From Eledone cirrhosa (Eukaryota): a stretch of 64,000 nucleotides of DNA. This document shows, in pieces, positions 48,706-63,194 of the stretch. A program made the position numbers and the translations under genes. The stretch is taken from the NCBI GenBank assembly GCA_964016885.1, contig OZ024745.1, positions 16,120,001 to 16,184,000 on the forward strand, written 5' to 3'. The notes under the pieces were generated by a model. It was not told the origin of the DNA, made no database searches, and saw only the letters and a list, made by a program, of their open reading frames with translations. The stretch's first letter is position 1, and every line of letters starts with the position of its first letter.

Positions 48706-50350
48706 TTAAACCATATTTAATGTTGGTGTATATTTTTGAATAAACATATTTTCCTTATTTATTCGTATTTGTTCTGTTGTATTGTTAGCGCAAAGGTAAA
48801 ATGGGAAGACTTGGAATTTGGGTGTCTTATTACTTGCGCAAATGTCTAGATGTGCACTTAGTGGTATCTGTCTCGTGGTTGGATCTCGTAATTGTTGGCG
48901 ATGAACTGTCATTCTGTTTCTGAGTGTGAGTTTAGTTTGTCCTATATAATCTTCATTGCATCCTTTACATTTAATGGCATAAATTAGGTTTTTTGATGAG
49001 CAAGTGAAGTGATTTTTTACAGTAAAATTTTGTCCTGATTTAAATGTATACGTGTTGCCTTCAATGAGGTGAGTGCAGGTTCCACAATTAGAGCGACCAC
49101 ATTTTTTGGTACTTGGTTGTGGGTTTGTGGTAGGTAATTTAGCATTGGTGAGTAATGTTTTCAGTGATTTTGGTTGTCTTTTTGCTTTTGATTATTTTGT
49201 GTGTTTCAAGGGCTTTTTTCATTCTTGGGTTTTGTTTTAGTAGTGGGATGTTATTGTGTATAGTGTTGTAAGCTTCCGCATTTCTTGGGTTGTGTGTTGA
49301 GATATATGATAGAATATTGGACGTACCTTGAATTTGTTTCTGTTTCCGTAATTCATCAATGCCTATTGCTTTAGCCCTCTCTATTCCATTATTTATTAGT
49401 AATAGTGGGTACTCTCTCTTGAGTAGAATTTCCTTTAATTCTTGAAGTCTTTTATTTAGCGCTTCATAATTGGAGACAATTGTGCAAATTCTTCTTGCTA
49501 GGTTAAAAGGAATGTTCGTCTTCGTGTGCTTTGGATGGTTGGAGGTGAATAGCAGATATTGTTTGGAATCTGTTGGTTTGTAGTGTATGTCAGTTTCGAT
49601 ATTTGTGTCTTTTTTTAAGATTAAGATGTCCAGAAATGGGAGTTGATCTTGGCTGTATTCCACTGTGAATTGGATGTGGTTATTGATGCCGTTTATTAAG
49701 TTTTTGAAATCCTTCAGTTGGTCGAGTGTGTGGGACCAAAGAATGAGGCAATCATCCAAGTAGCGTTTCCAATTCTCTGATAAATATTTGTGGAAGTTCA
49801 ATCCGTATTTTGATTTGGACTGTTCATATATCTGGACTTCTAAGTATGCCATGACTAAGTTGGCATAAGTTGGAGCGGCTTTTGTACCCATCGCAGTCCC
49901 CGATATTTGCTTGTAAGTATTGCCATCGAAATCAAAAAAGTTGTTCTGTAGGATGAATTTTAATCCCTCGGTGATGAAGCTTTTTTCTATTCTGTCAGGT
50001 ATCTCATTGGGATATTTCTCTAGCCAGAATCCTATTGCTTCTAGTCCGTATTGGTGTGTGATCCTTGTGTAGAGATTCACTACATCGAAAGACACAATAA
50101 TAGTGTCGTTGTTGACATGTTTGGGGAGGTGGTTTAAGAGGTCCAGATCGTCTCTTACAAAGCTTGGTATGTGTTTCACAATTGGTTTCAGTAGTATGTC
50201 TATAAAGTTGCTCAATCTGTGTGTTTCACATTGTGGGCCCGCTACAATTGGTCTTAATTTAAAGTCTGTGGGGTATTGTGTGCTCACGCAGGCTGAGGTG
50301 GATTGTTTACAGGCATCGTTGATTATTTTACACTTGTGGATCTTCGGAAG
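48706..50350 (-). pseudogene. PLE reverse transcriptase + GIY-YIG endonuclease, single frameshift at ~49180
   Basis: LPKIHK...LRPIVAG...SFDVVNLYT...GTAMGTKAAPTYANL...RYLDD...LPFLD...YKPTD...HPKH. Removing one T from the run at 49179-49183 restores KSKRQPKSLK and joins NLIYAIKCKGCNEDYIGQT...PTLN. Confidence 0.92.
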
Positions 50351-50364
50351 TATATATATATATA

Positions 50365-52243
<1,879 letters not shown>

Positions 52244-52587
52244 CGATTATGTTCAATTAGACAAAATCAAGATACAGATTAGGTGACACGCAGAGTGTAA
52301 ATAGTGGGCTAGGAATAGCCACATCTGAGCGGTATGGTAACACTGAGACAAAAGAACGAGACAATAGAGTCAAGTGATAGAAGAGGTGATAGGTCGTGGT
52401 AAAAGTAATGAACAACTCAACAAAATAGGAGGAAGAGCCGCGTGAATCGCAGAAAATATTGGAAAATTGGCAACAAAAAACAATGAGAACCCGACACAAG
52501 CACAGGGATGGAGAAATACGGAACAAGGTGGTATGGTATATAAGAAAAAAAGAAATTATCAACTTTCGGATATATATATATATATAT

Positions 52588-52795
52588 ATGTGAGAAAAAC
52601 CACAGACCCTCCATCTCAACTCTACTTTTGAAAAGCAGAAGAACTGCGAAACCGGTAAAAGGACCAAATAAATATATATATATTTTTTTAAATAAGACGC
52701 CAGTTGCATTTTCAATTTCATCTTTTTTTCTTTATACTTTCACTTGTGTAGGACACCTCGGTTATTTTTCATTTTGTAAAAAAACCTCATTTTCT

Positions 52796-52798
<3 letters not shown>
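52588..52798 (+). mobile_element. Solo/inverted pLTR fragment of the 47109 PLE family, between (TA)n tracts
   Basis: Reverse complement of 47109-47320 with multiple substitutions; same 3' endpoint. Confidence 0.85.
52625..52661 (+). ncRNA. Minimal hammerhead motif, U3-A8 core variant
   Basis: CTT TTGAAAA GCAG AAGAA CTGC GAA ACCGGT A AAAG; perfect stem II, weakened stem I. Confidence 0.75.
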
Positions 52799-52860
<62 letters not shown>

Positions 52861-52864
<4 letters not shown>

Positions 52865-53433
52865 TTCAAGAGTAAACCCATCTTAAATAGAGAGATGGAG
52901 ATAGGAGAGGAGAAGAGAGATTGGTGAAGGTATTAGAAGCCAAAGCGTAAAGGCATGTGCTCAATGTGCAATATGCAGTGGGAAGCAGCTAGAGAACTGG
53001 ATTGATGAAGAGGTTAGGTGCACAGAGCTGGAAATATTCATTAGTTAAGCAAAACAAGACCACAAAATTCACAAGGAAGATGTTAGTTAAAGCGTGTCAA
53101 CATAGTTGCAGTTTAATGTAAGGAATATATTTCTTATTCCATTTTATTTATATCAATATTTTCATTATCTCATCTGACGTTCTGAAGAACTGCTCCATAA
53201 TATTATTTAAGTTACTTATCTTCCTCTGAACCAGATCAATAACGATCTAATAATCAATTCATCCAGAAACATTATATGGAGTAGTGAAACAATTGTAAAC
53301 GGACATTATTATTCCTTATATTAAACTACAATTAATGTACACTCTTTATTCCTTACATTAAACTGCAACTATGTTGACACTCTTTAACTAACGTCTTCCA
53401 TGTGAATTTTGTGGTCTTGTTTGGCTTAACTAA

Positions 53434-53440
<7 letters not shown>
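52861..53440. mobile_element. Non-coding inverted-arm-plus-tail module between (TA)n tracts
   Basis: 53033-53127 is inverted relative to 53347-53440; unique extension 52861-53032; HHR in the spacer. Confidence 0.8.
53178..53301 (+). ncRNA. Type-I hammerhead motif with long stem II
   Basis: CGTT CTGAAGA ACTGCTCCATA...TATGGAGTAGT GAA ACAATTGT A AACG; 11-bp stem II base, palindromic stem III, GUA triplet. Confidence 0.88.
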
Positions 53441-53514
<74 letters not shown>

Positions 53515-53593
53515 CACAGATTGATTTTTTTAGTTTCAGAAGATCCCGTTAAGGTTGAAAGTAGCGATTCTTTACTCTAGCTTTAATCTGTTA

Positions 53594-53668
<75 letters not shown>

Positions 53669-53673
<5 letters not shown>

Positions 53674-53897
53674 CAACTCTGGATGTCGGTGAGCATGTCC
53701 AGCTAACCTCAGTCTCCTCTGTGTCACTTTTGAGCTGACTTTTGGGAGGCTCCCATACAGCTCTGAGTTTTTCATTCTCAGTGTATACTGATTAATGTTG
53801 ACATTGCACTCAGTGCTCCTGTGGGAGCCCCTACATGGTCACACTGGAAGAGGAAGACCAAGGTTAACGTATGTTGATGCCCTAAGGACAGACACTG
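53669..53897. mobile_element. RTE-clade LINE fragment with inverted 5' half
   Basis: Minus 53802-53669: NSELYGSLPKVSSKVTQRRLRLAGHAHRHPEL; plus 53803-53897: LHSVLLWEPLHGHTGRGRPRLTYVDALRTDT. These are consecutive RTE C-terminal motifs. Confidence 0.85.
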
Positions 53898-53945
53898 TAT
53901 ATATTGTCCCCCACCCCCACTCTCAAGCGTGAAACTAATAATAAT

Positions 53946-54110
53946 TGTTTCTACTTTAGGCACAAATTAACCAGTGCATTACTGGTACTTTATTTTATCG
54001 ACCCCGTAAGGATGAAAGGCAAAGTCAACCTCGGCGGGATTTGAACTCAGATCGTAAAGGGACGTAACTATGCTGGAAAGAATGGCGTCCGACCCTCTAC
54101 CGATACTGCC
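53946..54110 (-). mobile_element. Meta-domain-like SINE
   Basis: Reverse complement of the 11581 family; flanking AATAATAA direct repeat. Confidence 0.88.
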
Positions 54111-54165
54111 AATAATAAAATTTTTACTGCCTCTTCGTTTTTCTGTTTTTCTCTGTTTACTCTTT

Positions 54166-54286
<121 letters not shown>

Positions 54287-54355
54287 CCAGTGACTGTGTA
54301 TTTTTGAAAATACCATATATTTTCACTAGCTCTGACAGTTTGACAGGTGAAGAGT

Positions 54356-54405
54356 GAGCTGTACTGATGAAGGGTGATACCCAGAAACATTAGTGTCTGC
54401 AGTTC
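54356..54405 (+). ncRNA. Minimal type-I hammerhead motif in a ~245-bp module (54286-54530) between microsatellites
   Basis: GAGCTGTA CTGATGA A GGGT GAT ACCC A GAA ACATTAGTGT C TGCAGTTC; 8-bp stem I with 2 G-U pairs, GUC triplet, near-palindromic stem III. Confidence 0.88.
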
Positions 54406-54531
54406 TGTTCGAATGCCAACACAAGAGCAAGAATGAAGGGTTCATTCTACTGACATGGCTATAAAATTGAGGTTTGTTTGAAAAATTGCAAATGAATCGA
54501 ATGTTATTATTAATATTCGAAAAAATCAGAT

Positions 54532-54574
<43 letters not shown>

Positions 54575-54579
<5 letters not shown>

Positions 54580-54766
54580 AAAAAGTATGACCTCGACGGC
54601 AGAGCTCAAGCCGTTTCGACGGCTATTTTTGGACCAAAATAGCCGTCGAAACGGCTTGAGCTCTGCCGTCGGGGTCATATTTTTTCCTATTTCCCACTCT
54701 ACTACCCTAAGTATTGAGTACTCTGGTGCGTTATGGTCCATCTGGTTCCTTACCACAATTCCTTTG

Positions 54767-54767
<1 letters not shown>
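54575..54767 (+). mobile_element. GC-rich hairpin (~57-bp arms, centre 54633) plus ~77-bp tail between (TA)n tracts
   Basis: GACGGCAGAGCTCAAGCCGTTTCGACGGCTATTTT / AAAATAGCCGTCGAAACGGCTTGAGCTCTGCCGTC; arm homologous to 4161-4212. Confidence 0.85.
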
Positions 54768-54799
<32 letters not shown>

Positions 54800-55250
54800 T
54801 TAAAAAAATGAAATAAAAATTCAAGTCATTAGAAATATACTTCACTGCTTTACGATCGTTTCTAGGTGATAATAATACATCGTACACATATTTCGTTATC
54901 GATCTATGTAGGTTTAGTTACAAAATATCAGATAAGGAATATATTTACTTACATGTATATAATCAGCTGTTGTCAAAAGCAATGTGTATATATTTATATA
55001 TATATATATACATTCGTATTTGCAAACAGGAGGAAAAGATCCTCAATACCGAAGTAGAGGAGGTTGTATATTTTACCTATATTAATGAAATTATTCTTAG
55101 TTGCGTGATCAGCGAATAACTTAAAATAGGATAGAAGTAGTAATACAATAACACACACGCCCACACCTCCGCACGTACAGACATACACCCTAACACACAT
55201 ACATATATATAGCGTTGCAATTATCATTCATAGTTTATCTCTCTCTATCT

Positions 55251-55294
<44 letters not shown>

Positions 55295-55326
55295 TTACAA
55301 TTAATTCTCAGTCATAGAAAATTGAG

Positions 55327-55386
<60 letters not shown>

Positions 55387-55552
55387 AATTTATATCTAGT
55401 AACATTTATATACACACAGATGCATATCAATGCTAGCAAATATATAGGTTTTGTCTTATTAACATTGTGTTTCAATGCATGGGGTTGCAGAACAATAATA
55501 TGAGAGACGTAAAATAAGAAAATTATAAAATTAACTTACTTACTAAAAAATC

Positions 55553-55634
55553 ACTTCCAACTAATTAGTTTCTGGAATGGAGTAAATATATTTTCCGAAG
55601 AATATATAGAAAAGCATTTCGTCATCAGGAAAGT
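55553..55634 (-). ncRNA. Hammerhead motif, tandem unit 1
   Basis: ACTTTC CTGATGA C GAAATG...CATTCC A GAA ACTAATTAGT T GGAAGT. Confidence 0.75.
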
Positions 55635-56077
55635 CTTTTTCCGTGTAAGTCTCCAGGCATAGCGAGGACTCTGGAAACTTATTAAAAAAATAATTCAGTG
55701 GAAAGGAAATAGCAAAGCGTGGACTGGATTCCTAGCCATTGAGAAAATCACTGCCTCTACGTCTGTGGCAAATTCAAAAAGAATCAATCACGTGACATCG
55801 AGGTCAATCAGTGGAAAGCGAGTGGTTAATAAGACAGCGGCCAGCCTACTACCATAGTAGCAGTCATGGCCAAATATTGCTCGACAAATGAATTGGAGAT
55901 AATTATAAGGGATTTTATATCTAGTAACATTTATATACACACAGATGCATATCAATGCTAGCAAATATATAGGTTTTGTCTTATTAACATTGTGGTTCAA
56001 TGCATGGGGTTGCAGAACAATAATATGAGAGACGTAAAATAAGAAAATTATAAAATTAACTTACTTACTAAAAAATC

Positions 56078-56160
56078 ACTTCCAACTAATTAGTTTCTGG
56101 AATGGAGTAAATATATTTTCCGAAGAAACATATAAAAAATCATTCCGTCATCAGGAAAGT
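56078..56160 (-). ncRNA. Hammerhead motif, tandem unit 2
   Basis: ACTTTC CTGATGA C GGAATG...CATTCC A GAA ACTAATTAGT T GGAAGT; 6-bp stem I, 6-bp stem II, 10-nt palindromic stem III. Confidence 0.82.
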
Positions 56161-56308
56161 CTTTTTCCGTGTAAGTCTCCAGGCATAGCGAGGACTCTGG
56201 AAACTTATTAAAAAAATAATTCAGTGGAAAGGAAATAGCGAAGCGTGGACTGGATTCCTAGCCATTGAGAAAATCACTGCCTCTACGTCTGTGGCAAATT
56301 CAAAAAAG

Positions 56309-56391
56309 ACATTCCTGATGACGGAATGATTTTCTATATGTTTCTTCGGATAATATATTTACTCCATTCCAGAAACTAATTAGTTGGAAGT
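56309..56391 (+). ncRNA. Hammerhead motif in the inverted arm
   Basis: ACATTC CTGATGA C GGAATG...CATTCC A GAA ACTAATTAGT T GGAAGT. Confidence 0.78.
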
Positions 56392-56436
56392 GATTTTTTA
56401 GTAAGTAAGTTAATTTTATAATTTTCTTATTTTACG

Positions 56437-56510
<74 letters not shown>

Positions 56511-57545
56511 ACACATACATAAGTGTATGATTGTGTATTATAGTAAATATATAGATATTTAAGTCTACGTCATTTTGTGCCAGCTCTGTTTTACTGTTTC
56601 TACACACGACCCTCCCCCCCCCATTCAATTTAAAGTTTTCCTTTCCTCTCAATATTCTATTGTTAATTCTTATCATTGTCTTATAATCCCAGTAGACATT
56701 CTCATGATAACTTAGTTCTTCGAAATTGTTGCTTTGGCTATATTTTTCAACGACCGTCATGTTTGACCTAGTCAAAGGTTTTGGTAGTAATCAATAGCAT
56801 ACGCCGGCAGCGCCATCTGTTGTGAACATTCGTTCTGTCTGACAAAACATTTACTACTTTCACTATCTTATCATTCCTGCATTGTCCCAGATATTCAATA
56901 GTGATTATATGTTGAACAGCAAACGCAGAAGAATCCATACTATAGTGTTAATGAGTTATATTATGTGACAAAGTAATATAGGAAAAGATAATAGGCAGAA
57001 GAGTATCTCTTTTAATATCTTACAACGGCAGCTTGTATTCATGGCTGGAAGCAATATATTTTATGCATTTCAATTTAATAACAATTCATAACATTTAAAC
57101 ACCAATCTTGTCAACATTCACATTGGTATCTATAAATGTACCACCCCCAGAGTATTCTGTCTTCGCAATCTTTCATTCTTGTTATTGGCATATTCAGTTT
57201 TTACTTAGAGTAAATAATAATTTGTCTTTGAAATAGTTTTGGTTTTGACACACAAATCTTTTATTATTAGTATTCAATTCTCTCAACCATGGTATATTTA
57301 ATATCGTATCATATTGTAATATAAAATAAGATAAACGAGTAAATGACATATATACACATAAACACAGTCTCACATACAAACACATACCTATATATAAATA
57401 CACACACACACGCATACACACCCACATATATATATATATGAATACACACACACACCTATTTATGACCCCCCCCACACACACACCTATATATGAACACACA
57501 CACATATATATATACACACATAAATGTGTACATAGATATAAGCAC

Positions 57546-57610
<65 letters not shown>

Positions 57611-58621
57611 CATATATACATACATGCACGCACATATACATACATCCACAAATGATAGTTGATTCAACTTGTGAATATCCCGTCGTCTCCTATGAATTAT
57701 CAGTACATCATTGGATTGCAGTGCAGCTCAGACGAAAATATTTCTGCCTGAGGATAAATGGGAAATTATTTCACTAATATTAACTATAACACTCTTTATT
57801 ATAGCCGGGCAATGGTGGTGGCAGCTTGTTATAATGAGGCGTTAGCTGGAAGTAGCCTTAAAGAGAATATAATGTATATGAACTATCAACTACCCATACC
57901 GAAAAGAATTAGGAATAGAAAATAATTTGATTTAATGCCTCTTTCAATCTAATTAGGAAACATTTCCAAAGAACACTCAAACGTTTTAATACATATAACA
58001 TAAAGGTGAGTTACTCTTGCCAAGATAATATCGCTTCCAGCATCGGATGTTACAATAGAAAATAGAAAAAGCAAGTACACCTATATAAACTTTATTACAA
58101 GTCCCAAACAGAAACTGCTGAAATCAAACAACATGTTTACTGATAAATCCTTGCCTTCCGAAAGTAGTGGATTTCAGAGCGAATCTCGTTAGGTGTAGGG
58201 ACAGAGCAAAAACAATTTTTCCAACTTGTATTTTGTTAAGACTCTGGACGAGTAAATTCTTCTAGTCACTACAATTGTTTATAATATCACTAGAATTCCT
58301 AACTGTCGTATGGAAGATCAATTTAACACATTGTGCTGATATTTCTATTAAGTAGCAGTCAACAACCATCAATTCACCCAGCAGCTGTTAACACAAGCCA
58401 CTAGATTCCGATCAACAAATGAGGAATGGCTTTACTCAACCTCAGCTGAGAGTATCGTAGCTAAACTATTAGAAATGGTTTTGTATTTTTCCTGTGAGAT
58501 TTTGCAATTCTAAGTCAAACTTTATAGAAACAAATATACACAAACTCTACAAAACGTATTAAATGATCTTTTCGTTTGTTTGTACACACACACACACGCA
58601 CACGCACACGCACGCACACGC

Positions 58622-58683
<62 letters not shown>

Positions 58684-59135
58684 CCACACACATTGTTATA
58701 CTTCGGGAGGTTCATTCTGCAAATATATAAAATAGAACGCACGAACGGGTTTTATTTCACTTGAATTAATTAGATAATTAGTTTATAAATAAATAAATAA
58801 TTTTTGGAAAGTTCTTTGTCGCATGCTATGAGGAAAGAACTTTGATAAATCAATTAATCAAATCATTTATCATTTTACTTATTAATTAACTAATTTTACA
58901 GTTAATTGGTAATAAAAATGAAGTGATGTCCTAACAGGTCTCATGATTTTATTGGAAGAATGACCCTGACAAATTACAACATATGTTCCAAGACAGATTT
59001 CACGAATGCAAATATATATATATACATATGTGTGTGTGTGTGTGTGTGTTTGTTGAGTGAGTTGGAAATTGGTCGCAGTATCGATATTAGCTTTCTCCGT
59101 TTATGTAATTATGTATATATATATATATATATATA

Positions 59136-59820
59136 TATGAAAGACGTAAAATAAGAAAATTTTAAAAATTAAAAATTAACTTACTTACTAAAATTTTCAC
59201 TCCAACTAATTAGTTTCTGTAATGGGATAAAGATAGTTACGTAATGTAACTGTCGAGAATTCATTACGTCATAAGGGAGTCTATTCTACCACTACAATAA
59301 GTTAGTAGTGGATTTGGCAGGTTTGCTCAACAAATAAATAATTTGGAGATAAATATAGAGAATTAGTATATTTACGAACATATGCGTACAGATGTACACT
59401 AATGCTAGCAAATACATAAGTTATGTCATAGTACCTAGGTGGTTCAATGCAGGAGGATGCAGAACAATTATATGAAAGACGTAAAATAAGGAAATTTTAA
59501 AAATTAAAAATTAACTTACTTACTAAAATTTTCACTCCAACTAATTAGTTTCGGTTATGGGATAAAGATAGTTACGTAATGTAACTGTCGAGAATTCATT
59601 ACGTAACTATCTTTATCCCATTACAGAAACTAATTAGTTGGAGTGAAAATTTTAGTAAGTAAGTTAATTTTTAATTTTTAAAATTTTCTTATTTTACGTC
59701 TTTAATATAATTGTTCTGCATCCTCCTGCATTGAACCACCTAGGTACTATGACATAACTTATGTATTTGCTAGCATTAGTGTACATCTGTACGCATATGT
59801 TCGTAAATATACTAATTCTC
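59136..59820. mobile_element. Related subfamily: 335-bp tandem units plus inverted arm with tail, in (TA)n
   Basis: TATGAAAGACG at 59136 and 59471 (period 335); 59597-59820 is an inverted copy of ~59358-59580. Confidence 0.85.
59199..59280 (-). ncRNA. Hammerhead motif with G5-to-U core substitution (probably inactive copy)
   Basis: ACTCC CTTATGA C GTAATG...CATTAC A GAA ACTAATTAGT T GGAGT; stems covary relative to the 56078 copy. Confidence 0.7.
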
Positions 59821-59949
59821 TCTCTATATATATGTATGGAGATGAAGATAAAATTCGTCAGAGTTTCTGAACAGTTTAATCTCAGTTGAAAATAAGTTAA
59901 CTGAGCTGCAGCTGGCCACTAAATATAAGGATTAATATTTATAATTCCT

Positions 59950-60023
<74 letters not shown>

Positions 60024-60701
60024 AGTATTAAAGTGTAGTATTAATGTGTAGTATTAAAGTGCAGTATTAAAAAATGGTATACGACATTTGTAAGTGAAAA
60101 GCAGCTGTTGTTTCGTTGTTAAGCAAACAAAACATATTATATCGTACACTGCTTCCGTTGCTTCTAGGGTTTGGTAGTGATGTGGTAAGTTTTAAAATGT
60201 TACCTGCCATGTGATAGTTAACCTCTCGCCCTACATACTCTTGACGCCATAAATATAGAACTAAACATTGGCTTAGATTTCACTGACATCGAAGATTGCG
60301 CTCACACATTTGTATTTAAGCATAAATAGATGTACACACACAGAGAGATACGGGCATACATACAGGCGTGCACATACATACATACACGCGTGCACATACA
60401 TACAGACACGCAACTTTAAGCACGTGCCATGAATTGGAAGCAAAAAATCTGGTTGGCATTAACTTCACCCAAATATATATGTATATATATACATAGATGC
60501 ATACATATATACATACGTACATAGATACATACATGAGTGTTTCATTTGTTACGATGATGTGTGTTCCAGTTCGACCAATCAGTGTACTTTATTTTATCGA
60601 CCCCGTAAGCATGAAAGGCAAAGCTAAACATGAGGTAATACGCCCAAACCAGATATGAGGCCAACAATCTGTTAAGAGGTTCAGGTCAGATGTGAAATGT
60701 A

Positions 60702-60906
60702 GGTTACCTAATTATATAATTGTTTCTACTTTTGGCACAAGGCCAGGAATTACCCCAGTGCATTACTGGTACTTATTTTACCGACCCTGTAATGATTAAA
60801 GGCAAAGTTAACCTAGGTGGGATTTGAACTCAGGCCGAAAAGGGCCGCAACTCTATGCTGCAAAGCATGGCGTCCGGCCCTCTACCGATACTGCCAATGC
60901 CGCACT
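60702..60906 (-). mobile_element. Meta-domain-like SINE
   Basis: 14-bp TSD AGATGTGAAATGTA at 60688-60701 and 60907-60920. Confidence 0.88.
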
Positions 60907-62392
60907 AGATGTGAAATGTAAGCACACATTTAAACTGCTCATTAAGTCTTTTAGCAATCAGTGTTAATTGCATGTAATTTATGTATGTGTCACATGAATA
61001 TGCATGTAGTGTAGATAATGTATTTAGAAATAATAAAACAGAACTGACTCCCCTGTCCCCTTATTGTCAATAGTCTTTCTATATAGTTAAATACAATTAA
61101 AATAAATATGAACAATTCCTCAGGCCTAGAAATACTGAACATCAAAATCTTTGTTATTTTACTCCCAAAGGTCGTTAATTCTGAAATTGAGTAGCAATTA
61201 TTGTTTAATTCATGGAAATACACACAGCTAATTTACAAATATGGGCGTTACTAAGGAGACCGAAATTTATAGCTGAAATGTTTGTTGAAGATGATTTCAT
61301 TTGAAGAAAGATGATGATACAGATTTGAGAAGGAAGATAAACATTTTATGATTTCTTTGTAATGTAAATCAATTGTTAAAGTATCCTCAAGATTGCAAAG
61401 AAATGAATTCAACAAAGTTTTCGTTAAGACACATCTCTTATTTTGGAACAATACAAACGAACAGTTGTTGTGGCAACATATGGTAGAATCGTGAAGAAAT
61501 AACGGACAAAAACAATATAAAGCACAAACAAACAAAACAAAAAAAAAAAACAATAAAAAGAGGAAAAAAAGGAGGGTATTAATTTATTGCAATGATGAGA
61601 TAATACAACAATAGTTATAAGTTGCGTTCAGAATGAGAAGTAAACGTACATAAAATGGTTTCTATTGCTGAAACTATAAGATAAACTATTGGAAAAGGAA
61701 AACAACAAACAACAAACTATTTGAAATAGAGTCTCCCTAAAAAAAAACGCAGAACAGGACAGAGATGTAAAATAAAACCACTTCATAGAAGATCTAACAT
61801 CGTTGTAGGTTGCATTAGTAATGAAATAAGAAATAAAATTGTTGGAAAACTTTTGAAGAGCTTCCATTCAAGGGAGACTTCATTGAAAAGCGTCGTGAAG
61901 GATTTCAAGTGGTTATCTTAGAAGCACTCAGTATTCCGTGAGTAGAATGTAATAAACGGAACATTTCTTATACATATAAACACTGCTTGCAATTAAGAGG
62001 TGTAAGCATAGCTGTGTTTCTTCTCTTCAAGGTGGATTTTCTTTGGCTTTTCTTGTTGATAGAGTAAGATATTCCCCAAATTGTAAAGTCTATACACACA
62101 CAGAGAGGATCTTTTTTATTTTATATGGGGTATAACTATTGTTTGCATTGCCTGTATATGTTTGAGTGTTTATTACATGCATGTGTGTCTTTATGAATGA
62201 CTGTGTAGTTCTGTATATAGATGCACCACTTACACACATATTTCTGTATACACACACACACACACATATCTATCTATCTATCTATCTATATATATATATA
62301 CATGCATAAACACACACACACACATATATGTATATATATATATATATATAGATGCACCACTTAGACACACATCTCTGTATACACACACACAT

Positions 62393-62502
<110 letters not shown>

Positions 62503-63147
62503 TGAGAGAGAGAACAAAAAAGAGAAAAAGAGAAAAAAAGAGAGAAAGGAAAAGTGAAATAGAGGGATGAGACGTGACGTGAATGTCCATTTCATTTCCT
62601 TTTACCAATTCTGGTGCCTCCAGCCAGGGATCAATAAACAGAAACGCTATACTCCATTCTTTCCTAAATGCAAATATGCAGTCTACATTATTGATCTTCA
62701 AGTCCACATTACACAATATCCCTTTTTATAGTCTTTTCCCCGCAATTAAATCATACCCCGACTCTTACACATACACATCCAGACATATAGTTCTAAAGCT
62801 TTTACTCGTTTATCACTAGCTGGCCGTATATCTACATGTCAAAATCGTTTTTCTGTAGTTATATATCATTCCCTAGCAATGTGACTGAATATTACTAGAT
62901 GTTTGATGGTATATTACAGTTCAGGTTTAAAATATTACTGTTGCGCTGATATGTTAATATCTGTTTATATCACTATATATCTATTTAAATTCTATAGATT
63001 TGTATTTCTACAACAGTTAGATATTAGAGATCTATTTGTACACACACACCCACACACTCTCACACACACACATATACATATAGTTCAAGGAAACGACGAA
63101 ACAGAGGTACAAAAAAGTCTTATTAGTTTCACGCTTTACACACACAG

Positions 63148-63190
<43 letters not shown>

Positions 63191-63194
63191 GATA

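Larger units (their letters stand above)
47109..50350 (-). mobile_element. 5'-truncated Neptune-like Penelope retroelement (RT + GIY-YIG + long 3' UTR/pLTR), bounded by (TA)n
   Basis: RT and endonuclease motifs, HHR near the 3' end, ~340-bp tandem duplication in the 3' UTR. Confidence 0.92.
55381..56446 (-). mobile_element. Non-coding HHR-bearing element: 525-bp tandem units plus inverted arm, in (TA)n (retrozyme/pLTR-like)
   Basis: 55381-55783 repeated at 55905-56309 (period 525); 56303-56446 is an inverted copy; three HHR motifs. Confidence 0.85.
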
